A DNA stretch of 64,000 bases, from positions 71,439 through 135,438 of the forward strand of contig JAYUKW010000031.1 in NCBI GenBank assembly GCA_043764155.1. Reading direction: 5' to 3'. Shown in pieces: positions 26,697-35,191 of this stretch (its first letter is position 1; the number at the start of each line of letters is the position of its first letter). Below the pieces are notes generated by a model. That model was not told where the DNA came from. It did no database searches and worked only from the letters and a program-made list of their open reading frames with translations. This stretch comes from Bdellovibrionales bacterium. Lineage in GTDB: Bacteria; Bdellovibrionota; Bdellovibrionia; Bdellovibrionales; UBA1609. The position numbers were made by a program, and so were the translations under genes.

Positions 26697-26826
26697 AACC
26701 CCGAAAGGTGCCAGGTTCCGTTTGAGAATTAAAGCTGTTTATTTAGATTTAATAATTGATATATTCCCTTTTAGATCATTCTAAATTGATTTAATTCTCA
26801 AACGGAACCTGGCACCTTTCGGGGTT
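26697..26826. repeat. Perfect 37-nt inverted repeat with a 56-nt spacer (terminator-like or structured RNA)
   Basis: aaccccgaaaggtgccaggttccgtttgagaattaaa at 26697-26733 and its exact reverse complement at 26790-26826. Starts 9 nt past the RND gene stop. Confidence 0.85.
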
Positions 26827-26834
26827 CCGCTTGG

Positions 26835-29800
26835 CTAATGGAATTTGGCTTCGATTTTTTGGATCAGGACCAGAAGACATAAATAGATACTGGGAAAGAA
26901 GATGAGTGTCATGACCGCAGAAAATACGATTCCCCATGCCATTGTAAAGGCGATGGGACGAGTAAACCCCGTGTCACCCCCAATAGCATAAGCCATCGGA
27001 AAAAGTCCGGCTAGAGTTGTAACTGTGGTTAAAAATATAGATCTTAGCCGGCTGGCGGAGCCCACTTTCACACAGTCTTTTAGAGATAATAAACCTTCAG
27101 CGACTTTAATATTAATCTGGTCTGACATGATTAAGGTTCCATTCACGGACACCCCAATGGCGCCAATCAAACCAATCATCGAAAAAACACCTAAGGGTAG
27201 ATCATGGAATTCATGAAGCAACATCACGCCTGCGATCGAAAACGGAATGGGAAGACTCACGATCAAAGGCTGAGTGAGCGAATTTAAAGCTAGAGTCAAG
27301 ACAAAGTAAATTCCTAAGATACAGGCGATCAAAGATTTTAAAACCCAAGTTTTGTTTTCAGCCTCCTGTAAAGATTCACCGCTGGCACGAATAATGTGCT
27401 CTGGAAATTGGGCTTCAATAGTTTTCACAAATAAGTCAGCCTCTTTAACAATCTGTTCTCTGCGTTTTTCATTCATGATTTTAAATTTAGCACTTTGAAC
27501 TTTGTATCCATTTAAATGACTGATAGTTTTTGGCGATTGCTCTAGCTTCCACGCCCCTAATTCAGACACCGGAATTAAGCGTTGGTTGTCACTTAAGACT
27601 TTTACTTTTTCAGGATCAAATCCATTTTTCGTAATTTCAGAGCTGTTGATGGTGAAGTTCACGGGATACGCCCGACCTTCAATTCGAATCTCTTTAATCC
27701 AATTTTCATCCACCTTACCCAAGACAGCATTTTGAATCGAACTTTTATCAATAGAATATTTAGCCATTTTATTATAGTCAGGGGTGAACACCCATCTTTT
27801 GACAGTCATATTCTGACCTAAATCTAAAGGTCCTAGATCTTTTATTTTTTGAGGTAAAGTTTCTAGGCTGGATTTTAGATTTAAATTTTCTCTAGTATTT
27901 TTGGTGTAAAAATTAAAAGTTAAATATTTTGATTTATCACTTTCTTCATCGGACCAAGTTTTACTGGCCGTTAAATATTTGTATTTCTTCTTTTGATCTT
28001 TAACGACCGCTTCTGCTTTTTTTAAAAAAGTATTTTTAATTTGTTCAGGCTGAGTATGATTCTCTTTGACACGTGCCAAAATTCTAAAGACGTTGTCGCT
28101 TATAATGTTTTCGCCATTTCTCCAGACGGAACCAATACTTAAATCAATAGTTTCAAACTCGTCTTTTGAACTCAAAGATTGAAGTTTTTTGTATAAGGGT
28201 TCAATCTGGCGAAAAGTGTCTTCTTTAGATTGAGTGGATAAAATTTCCCCATCGATCCGAACCATATCATCTGAAATATTTAGATTAAAGTCTTTCTCAA
28301 CATCCATAGAAAAATAAAAAAGCAATGTGGTTATGACAACAAATGATAAACTTATAGAGATCTTCCAGTTTAAAAATATCAACACTAATTTTTCATAAGC
28401 TAGTCTAACCTTATCAAACCAAAGATTAAGTTTAGTCTGACTTGGTTTTTTTACAAAATGGCTTAAGTGATTAGGTAAAATCATAAAGGATTCAATCAAG
28501 CTAAAACCCAAGGCAGTAATTAAAACTATGGGGATGGATGAAATCATATTGCCTAATTCACTGGGAATAACAAGGAGCGGTAAGAAGGCCACCATGATCG
28601 TTAAAATAGTTCCAGAGACTGGAATAAATAATTCATCTATAGATTTTTTGGCAGACTCATTTGGGGTTAATCCCGCTTCAAGTCCTTCATTATATTTTTC
28701 ACATACAATGATCGCATCATCTACTAACATACCACTGACTAAAATGAGCCCCACAATAGATAAAATATCAATGTCATAACCCATAATCATCATGGTGATG
28801 AATGTGGCCGCATAACAAAATGGAACACCCAAAATAGTAAAGAAGGACGATTTCACTGATAAAAACATCAGTAAAAAGACAAACACAATGATCACACCCA
28901 CAATTCCATCAGAATTTAAAGCGCTCAACTGTCGTTGAATAAAACTTTTGCCACTCATGACGGAAGCGACACTTATTCCATATTTATTTTTATTGGCTTC
29001 ATCCAAAACTTTTAAAACTTTATCGTGAAGTAAAATAATATCGCTGTTCAAATCTTTTTTAACATTAATATAAAAAGCTCTTTTATCCCCATCATAAGTC
29101 CACTGATCGTGATTGGGATAATAATAATCAACAACTGCAAATTGACCCAAAGTGGTTTTAAACCCAGTAGGGCTTGAATAAATCACCAGGTTATTTAAAT
29201 CTTCGATAAACTGAGACTCAATGTTTTGTTCAAACTCTATGTAAGTGAAATTATTTCCCCGACGAATGGTTCCCAAAGGTCTAAACATTAAAAAATCATT
29301 TATTTTTTGTTTAACGACAAGTGAGCTGACTTCAAAATTTTTCATTTTGGCTTCATTCAAATCAATTTTAACCGATCTTTTTGGAAAATGACTGTCTTGA
29401 ACTTCTGCAATACCACGGATCTGAGAGATTTTATTTTTTAAAACTTCAAGCCAAAGACGATGATCTTTATTTTCTAAATCAAAGCTTCGAACAATAAGGG
29501 CATTTTGAAAATTAGACGTGATTTTTTGCTCTACAACTTTTATACTTCGAATATTTTCCGGTAGAAAAAATCTTAAGGATTCAACAATCTGTCTGATCTC
29601 ATTTGAAGCCTGGGCTGTATTTTTAAAATCTGCAGGAAAGTTAATATAAATTCTAACCCGACCTTGATTTGATTCAGATTCGATCTTTCGAATTCCAGGA
29701 TAGCTCATTAACTTTTCTTCAAGAGGAAATGTGACCTCTTGCTCTAGGTCGGCCGCAGTCGATTCTGGATATGAAACTTCAATAAGTATCATATTAAAAT

Positions 29801-29921
29801 TTAAGGGCGGCGCCAAATCCCGGTTCATCATCGATAAGGACAAAACGCCTAGTATCAAAACCATAATCGAAATAAGGTTCACAAGTTTTGAACGGTTTAA
29901 AAAATAATAAAAAACACTCAC
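26835..29921 (-). CDS. RND-family efflux transporter (AcrB/AcrD/AcrF-like)
   Basis: 1028 aa with 12-TM/two-large-loop architecture. Typical N-terminus FLNRSKLVNLISIMVLILG and the TM4 region GLILVSGMLVDDAIIV. Confidence 0.9.
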   Translation of the reverse strand: MSVFYYFLNRSKLVNLISIMVLILGVLSLSMMNRDLAPPLNFNMILIEVSYPESTAADLEQEVTFPLEEKLMSYPGIRKIESESNQGRVRIYINFPADFKNTAQASNEIRQIVESLRFFLPENIRSIKVVEQKITSNFQNALIVRSFDLENKDHRLWLEVLKNKISQIRGIAEVQDSHFPKRSVKIDLNEAKMKNFEVSSLVVKQKINDFLMFRPLGTIRRGNNFTYIEFEQNIESQFIEDLNNLVIYSSPTGFKTTLGQFAVVDYYYPNHDQWTYDGDKRAFYINVKKDLNSDIILLHDKVLKVLDEANKNKYGISVASVMSGKSFIQRQLSALNSDGIVGVIIVFVFLLMFLSVKSSFFTILGVPFCYAATFITMMIMGYDIDILSIVGLILVSGMLVDDAIIVCEKYNEGLEAGLTPNESAKKSIDELFIPVSGTILTIMVAFLPLLVIPSELGNMISSIPIVLITALGFSLIESFMILPNHLSHFVKKPSQTKLNLWFDKVRLAYEKLVLIFLNWKISISLSFVVITTLLFYFSMDVEKDFNLNISDDMVRIDGEILSTQSKEDTFRQIEPLYKKLQSLSSKDEFETIDLSIGSVWRNGENIISDNVFRILARVKENHTQPEQIKNTFLKKAEAVVKDQKKKYKYLTASKTWSDEESDKSKYLTFNFYTKNTRENLNLKSSLETLPQKIKDLGPLDLGQNMTVKRWVFTPDYNKMAKYSIDKSSIQNAVLGKVDENWIKEIRIEGRAYPVNFTINSSEITKNGFDPEKVKVLSDNQRLIPVSELGAWKLEQSPKTISHLNGYKVQSAKFKIMNEKRREQIVKEADLFVKTIEAQFPEHIIRASGESLQEAENKTWVLKSLIACILGIYFVLTLALNSLTQPLIVSLPIPFSIAGVMLLHEFHDLPLGVFSMIGLIGAIGVSVNGTLIMSDQINIKVAEGLLSLKDCVKVGSASRLRSIFLTTVTTLAGLFPMAYAIGGDTGFTRPIAFTMAWGIVFSAVMTLIFFPSIYLCLLVLIQKIEAKFH

Positions 29922-31450
29922 CTGTTCACCTCAAACTTACGGTTTGCGCTTGAGACTTGATTTGAAGTTTTAAAAGAATCATTAGAATTTTGACTTACGC
30001 CAGATTCAATTTTTTGATCTGGTAAATTTAAAAAGCACGCTGAATTGACGTCCCCTAAATAGACGGATTGATCTAAAATGATTTTATAAAAATCAACTAA
30101 TGCCTGATTGTAGTCTGTCTTGACCGAATTGATTTGATTTCTTGTGGTTAGAAATTCAAAAAATCCAATGCGACCATTTAAAAAGTTTTTGATTGAAATC
30201 TGCTGCAAGTCATCGGCAAAAGTTTCAGCCTCTTTCATGTTTTTAAGAGACTGAACTTGGTCTTCAATGGCTTTTTGAAAAGTCAGTTGAATCTCTTTTT
30301 GCTGACTTAAGACATGATCCCGTTGAATTTTTCTTCGTATAATTTCGAACTCTAATGATTTTTTAGAATTTTCGATTTGAATATTGCTGAAGTTCCAATT
30401 GAAATTTAGACCTACAACATTTGAATTAGTAGTGTCATTTAAAGGTAGGGTTTCAAAAGATCTTAATCCAGCATAAATTGAAATGTCGTTTTTTTGATTG
30501 AGTTGAAGTAACTTTTTTCGAGCGTCTAAAATTTCAATTTCCAAATTCAATTGATCTATAATTTGAAATTTTTGACTTTGATCTTTTAAAATCAAATCTA
30601 TATTTTCATTTAAACTTAAATTTTCAAGCTCTATAGCTTTAAGTCTTAATAGATCACTTAAGTTCAATTGACTCATTTTAAAAGATTGAATGGATTTTGT
30701 GACCCTGTTTAATAATTGTGATTTATCAATCTTTAAAGATAAATTATTTTGTTGAGTGATTGTATTAAGGCTCAATCGACTTTGAATAAAGTTAAGATCA
30801 TCCACAGATTCTGATAGTATTTTTAAGTTTTTCTCTTGTAGAAAGGTCTCAAAAAATTGATTGGAAATCTTTTGGCATGCTTGAAGAAGTTTTTTGTTGT
30901 CAAAAACCTTTTTATTTTTTTGATCAGTCGCATTTAAAATCTCTTGAGTGTTAAAACCTAAGAAGTCATTCAGTAAAGAGATATAAATATTTCCAGAGAC
31001 TCGCTCTTTAAATAAAAACGTATTCACATCTGGAATATCAAATAGTTTTTCAAAACTTAAATCTAAAGACAGACCATAAGGTGTCCTTTGCTGAACCTTA
31101 GAGACCAAGTTAATAGCCTGGTAACTGACATCATTCATATTGGAATTTGAATCACTCCAAAGCTTTTCAAAACTTGTATTCAATTGGGTTTCCCATGGAG
31201 AATAACCAGGTATGAAACCGAGCCACTCAATTGAGGATTCAGCTTCAATCTCTTGAGCTTTCTGATCTAGATCTAATGATTTTTTTATTAATACATCTAG
31301 TAGATTTTTTTGATTTTCCACATCACTTTTTAAATTTTTATGAGCTTGAGCTAAACCTCTTGAAAAGCTTTGATTAATAAATATTATGTTACAGCAAACC
31401 AAGGCTACGACTTTAAAAAATAAAAAGATCTTTTTATTTTTTTGTTTCAA
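29918..31450 (-). CDS. TolC-like outer-membrane efflux protein
   Basis: 510 aa with a signal peptide and long coiled/repeat halves. Overlaps the RND gene start by 4 nt. Confidence 0.65.
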   Translation of the reverse strand: MKQKNKKIFLFFKVVALVCCNIIFINQSFSRGLAQAHKNLKSDVENQKNLLDVLIKKSLDLDQKAQEIEAESSIEWLGFIPGYSPWETQLNTSFEKLWSDSNSNMNDVSYQAINLVSKVQQRTPYGLSLDLSFEKLFDIPDVNTFLFKERVSGNIYISLLNDFLGFNTQEILNATDQKNKKVFDNKKLLQACQKISNQFFETFLQEKNLKILSESVDDLNFIQSRLSLNTITQQNNLSLKIDKSQLLNRVTKSIQSFKMSQLNLSDLLRLKAIELENLSLNENIDLILKDQSQKFQIIDQLNLEIEILDARKKLLQLNQKNDISIYAGLRSFETLPLNDTTNSNVVGLNFNWNFSNIQIENSKKSLEFEIIRRKIQRDHVLSQQKEIQLTFQKAIEDQVQSLKNMKEAETFADDLQQISIKNFLNGRIGFFEFLTTRNQINSVKTDYNQALVDFYKIILDQSVYLGDVNSACFLNLPDQKIESGVSQNSNDSFKTSNQVSSANRKFEVNR

Positions 31451-31686
31451 AGATTAGCCCCCCAGCTGCAAACGAATATACGATTGTTTCTCTAAAAAAC
31501 ACAAATAGGACCTGGGAACATCATGTTATTTATTATAATTCTAGATTTAAGCAATTTTAAGTTTTAGACACTGATCGGCTCGACTCGTATTCGTACCTTT
31601 GAATAGAATGGGTAAATTAAATTTTTCAAATATAAATGTTTATAAAATAGACCAAATTTTAAATTTTATTTTAACATAAGGAAAAT

Positions 31687-32130
31687 ATGACAACTGAAGA
31701 TATTCTTTTTGATGGTAAAGGGTCTTTAAAAGCCTATTCAAGTGCTCTTTGGATGATGGGTCTATTTTCAATTGTGACCATTGGAATTGGTTTAATTATC
31801 ACGATCCCAATGTTTATTAAAATTTGGCTTGAAGTAAAAACAACTTATTACAAAATTTCTTCTAAGCGAATTCAAATAGAAAAAGGATTACTAAGTACGA
31901 CGATCAATTCACTTGAGCTTTGGCGCATTAAAGATTTGAAGTACCAAAGAAATCTTTTTGAAAAACTAACAGATGGTTGCACTTTAAGTCTGATGACCCA
32001 AGACGTATCAACCCCTGATTTAAATTTGAAAGGATTTACGGCCAATGAAGGTCGAACACTATTTGATAAACTGCAAAATGCAGTTTCAAATGCGCGGCGA
32101 ACTAATGGCACGGTGTCTTTAACAAGTTGA
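31687..32130 (+). CDS. Membrane protein with a bacterial PH domain (bPH_2/YdbS-like)
   Basis: Two N-terminal TM helices, then YKISSKRIQIEKGLLSTTINSLELWRIKDLKYQRNLFEKL, which is typical of bPH_2. Confidence 0.6.
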   Translation: MTTEDILFDGKGSLKAYSSALWMMGLFSIVTIGIGLIITIPMFIKIWLEVKTTYYKISSKRIQIEKGLLSTTINSLELWRIKDLKYQRNLFEKLTDGCTLSLMTQDVSTPDLNLKGFTANEGRTLFDKLQNAVSNARRTNGTVSLTS

Positions 32131-32209
32131 TGACAAACTAATATCCATATTATTGATCCCACTCAATCTTAGTCTGATCTTGGAACAAAACTAGACTCAC
32201 GCAGCAGTT

Positions 32210-32276
32210 GAGACAGAGTCGGTAATAATAAAATCATGACAGAATCGCTTCATATAGACACATAAAAAAAAATTTT
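32210..32276. repeat. Solo, partly degenerate copy of the IS right end plus its flank
   Basis: 32238-32276 is a 39-nt perfect direct repeat of 33573-33611. 32210-32237 is a degenerate match to 33543-33572. Confidence 0.8.
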
Positions 32277-32288
32277 TGTCGATAGCAG

Positions 32289-33583
32289 GCGATTCTGTCC
32301 CGTAGATTGTTAAGGGATTTTGTCTCGTGAGTATATTTAAGCAGCATTTAATTCATAAGGCGAGTGCTTATGAACTTTTTCTAGTTCTAAAGCTCGTCCA
32401 GCAAAAAATACTTTCGATGTATGATCCTTATAAAAACGTATTTCCACATCTTTTTTAGATAAATTTATTGGTGGATTTTTTATTAAAAATTTTTCTCCAC
32501 GCCAGCTTATCGTATGGTCAAGAGCAACTCGTCTTTGATACTTCATACAAAAAATTTCATTTAAATTTAAACCCTCAGGAACTTGTCTGTATGCAGATTC
32601 TTTTTTTATCGGCTTAACTGTATGTTTATTTTTCCATTCGGTCTGCATATAATTATTAAAAAACTTATTCGCATCTTCAACATTATTAATTTTTTGTAAC
32701 CTCATTTCTGCAACTAAACGGTCCTGCAAATAACCCCATAAGCGCTCTATTCTGCCTTTAGCCTGAGGACTATTGGCGCATATAACTTCGATCCCCAGCT
32801 CTTCACATGCCCTAGAGAATTGAGTAAAATCTTGCCGCTTTGTTCCCCCAAGCCAACCCGCACGATCTGTATAAATATATTTTGGTATTCCTTTTATCTT
32901 AATTATCTTTTCAACTACATCCATACAATTAATCGTGTCTTCAGTTTTATAAAACCCACCAAATGGTACATCACTTGTTGCATCGTCTATCGCCGCTATT
33001 AAAACTGTCGTTTCTCCTTTCCAAAACATGTGCTCACACCCGTCCATTTGAAGCATAAAGCCTTCGTTATGATGACGCTGACGGTGACTGTGTCCATTTG
33101 GCTTTCTGTGTTTACGGGTGCGCTTAACTAAATTCCATTCATGACACCATTTTCTAAAGGTGGAGTAACTAATATTTAAATTAATATCTAATTGAAGCTT
33201 TTCAAACATATGTAAAATATTAAAATCATAATACCTTCCAATCGCATATTGATAAGCTAAAGATTTTAACTCCGATGAGGATTTATTCACTGGCGCTTGC
33301 CCTTTGTTACCATGTAAAATTGCTGTTATGCCTTCCAGGCGAACTTGCGAAGCTATTCTTGAAATAGATCTCTCTGATAAATTTAAAAACAAGGCGCAGT
33401 CTTTACGACTTAAAGTGCCAGAAATAAACCTCTCAATACTGTCGATTTGATGTCGTTCTTTTGATGACAAACTAACTCCCATACCCTTTATTCCCCCAAA
33501 CTCACGTCTCACCTTGAAACACTACAAGACTAACGCACAGGGGAGGACAGAATCGGGTAACAATTTACACGGGACAGAATCGC
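32289..33583 (-). mobile_element. Insertion sequence (about 1.3 kb) with one rve-type DDE transposase
   Basis: Imperfect terminal inverted repeats GCGATTCTGTCCCGTAGATTGTTA (32289-) and TAACAATTTACACGGGACAGAATCGC (-33583). One transposase ORF inside. No clear target-site duplication seen. Confidence 0.75.
32337..33482 (-). CDS. DDE transposase (HTH plus integrase-core/rve domain); family unresolved, ISNCY- or IS481-like
   Basis: DGCEH..., IAAIDDATSD, YTDRAGW, ANSPQAKGRIERLWGYLQDRL. ATG 33482 follows AAAGGG; the track ORF extends to GTG 33512. Confidence 0.85.
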   Translation of the reverse strand: MGVSLSSKERHQIDSIERFISGTLSRKDCALFLNLSERSISRIASQVRLEGITAILHGNKGQAPVNKSSSELKSLAYQYAIGRYYDFNILHMFEKLQLDINLNISYSTFRKWCHEWNLVKRTRKHRKPNGHSHRQRHHNEGFMLQMDGCEHMFWKGETTVLIAAIDDATSDVPFGGFYKTEDTINCMDVVEKIIKIKGIPKYIYTDRAGWLGGTKRQDFTQFSRACEELGIEVICANSPQAKGRIERLWGYLQDRLVAEMRLQKINNVEDANKFFNNYMQTEWKNKHTVKPIKKESAYRQVPEGLNLNEIFCMKYQRRVALDHTISWRGEKFLIKNPPINLSKKDVEIRFYKDHTSKVFFAGRALELEKVHKHSPYELNAA

Positions 33584-33683
33584 TTCATATAGACACATAA
33601 AAAAAAATTTTATTTAAAAAATGTAACTTAAATCTACGAATTTAATCGAATTAAACTAAACTGATTAAGCAGCCGTAAGTCTA

Positions 33684-34457
33684 GTGATGCAGATTTTAAA
33701 ATTTTGTTTTTTAAGTTTAATCTTAGCTTCTATTACATCCTGCTCTTTTCAAGAGCTCACAGTGGCTAGTCTTGGATCAATTGATAATTTTGATGACACA
33801 GAGATTGATGACGACTTTGTTCCACCTGAAGACGAAAAAGAGGAAGAGATCGTAGACGAACCATCGCCCGTCATTCCAGGTGATACATTAAAAAATACTT
33901 TTTTTATTGAGCAACAAAGTTTTAATTTAGCCCACGGTCCTTCGAAAAGATGGGATGGATGTCGACAAAATCATAAGTCTTCTGGTGGATATAATAGTGA
34001 TCTTAGTTGTGGCCGCGCATTTATTGAAGACAAATTTGGAAAAAATCTAAATCAAATTTTTTTCAAATGTGTCTTCGATGCGTCTAATGAAGCTAAGTAT
34101 ACCAATATTCAAAAAATATTTATAAATCATCTAGGAAGCTACAACGATAGAACAGCTAGAAATTCAACTAGATTAAGTCATCATGCCTATGCCAGAGCAT
34201 TAGATATAAAAAACTTTAATTTAATTGATGCGAAAGGAAATAACTTTAAAATTAGTACTTTGCTTAGAGACTACAAAGGGCAACAGGCCATTTTTTATGA
34301 CAGCTTCAGGCAGTGTTGGAAACAGTCTATGCCATCATCTTGCAAACCTGGAAATTCAGAGCACGAAGGATCTGTAGGACATAATTCGTCTAAGCTTGGT
34401 GGCAATACTCTTCATAATGATCATATACATTTATCTTTTCCTTTGTGTGCGGGGTAA
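33684..34457 (+). CDS. Lipoprotein with a LAS-type zinc-peptidase-like (extensin-like C-terminal / M15-like) domain
   Basis: Lipobox LASITSC. SHHAYARALDI and HNDHIHLSF resemble the SxHxxGxAxD ... HxH metal-site motifs. Confidence 0.55.
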   Translation: MMQILKFCFLSLILASITSCSFQELTVASLGSIDNFDDTEIDDDFVPPEDEKEEEIVDEPSPVIPGDTLKNTFFIEQQSFNLAHGPSKRWDGCRQNHKSSGGYNSDLSCGRAFIEDKFGKNLNQIFFKCVFDASNEAKYTNIQKIFINHLGSYNDRTARNSTRLSHHAYARALDIKNFNLIDAKGNNFKISTLLRDYKGQQAIFYDSFRQCWKQSMPSSCKPGNSEHEGSVGHNSSKLGGNTLHNDHIHLSFPLCAG

Positions 34458-34463
34458 TTTTTT

Positions 34464-34925
34464 ATGAAGAATTCAATTTTGATTTTTTTTACTATTTTCA
34501 TTTTTTCTTTTTCGGCGTCGGCTGAAGAGAAAATGAAAATTATTGCCAAGAACTCTTTCAATGTAAGATTACTTAAAAAAATCCCCCTAGCTGGCGGCCA
34601 TTTTGTCTATTTAACAGTTAGAGACGAAGGCCATGTTTTGGGTCAAAATTTTCTAGTTCAATTACGAGCAAGCTGTAAAGGTGAAGTTGATGATTTTTCT
34701 TCATTAAAAATTTTAGATTCAATTTCAGTTTGTAATTTAAAACCTGAATCTGTGAAAACAAATAAGAATTTAACTGCATTAGCTTTTTTATCAAAATCCG
34801 CAAATATAAATAAATATTATGAAGACATATCAAATGGAAAAACAGAACCTAATGTTGACTGCAACGCTAAAACCGAGATCCTAAAGTTCTCTCTAAAAAA
34901 TATTTGTTTAAATTCAAATTCTTAA
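34464..34925 (+). CDS. Secreted hypothetical protein
   Basis: Signal peptide MKNSILIFFTIFIFSFSASA. 153 aa. Confidence 0.45.
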   Translation: MKNSILIFFTIFIFSFSASAEEKMKIIAKNSFNVRLLKKIPLAGGHFVYLTVRDEGHVLGQNFLVQLRASCKGEVDDFSSLKILDSISVCNLKPESVKTNKNLTALAFLSKSANINKYYEDISNGKTEPNVDCNAKTEILKFSLKNICLNSNS

Positions 34926-35017
34926 TCAGCCAAGTATGCTTTTTCACCGGCTTGAAGATTTATTTTTAAATGACCTACAGGTAAGTAACCCCCTTCAAGA
35001 ACAAGAGGCGAAGTTTA

Positions 35018-35190
35018 TCTAAGAAAACCTCCAGTAGATTTATTTAAACTTAAAAGATATTTGATATTTAAAACAGGCGAGACCTTGTCATTTGCTTTGC
35101 AAAAAAATTGCAAAGCTGTATGCCAACGAGCCTGTTTTAAATATCAAATATCTTTTAAGTTTAAATAAATCTACTGGAGGTTTTCTTAGA
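35018..35190. repeat. Giant hairpin element, copy B (60-nt perfect arms plus 53-nt conserved core)
   Basis: Arms 35018-35077 / 35131-35190 are exact reverse complements. Core 35078-35130 is CGAGACCTTGTCATTTGCTTTGCAAAAAAATTGCAAAGCTGTATGCCAACGAG. The element ends 1 nt from the guaA stop. Confidence 0.9.
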
Positions 35191-35191
35191 C

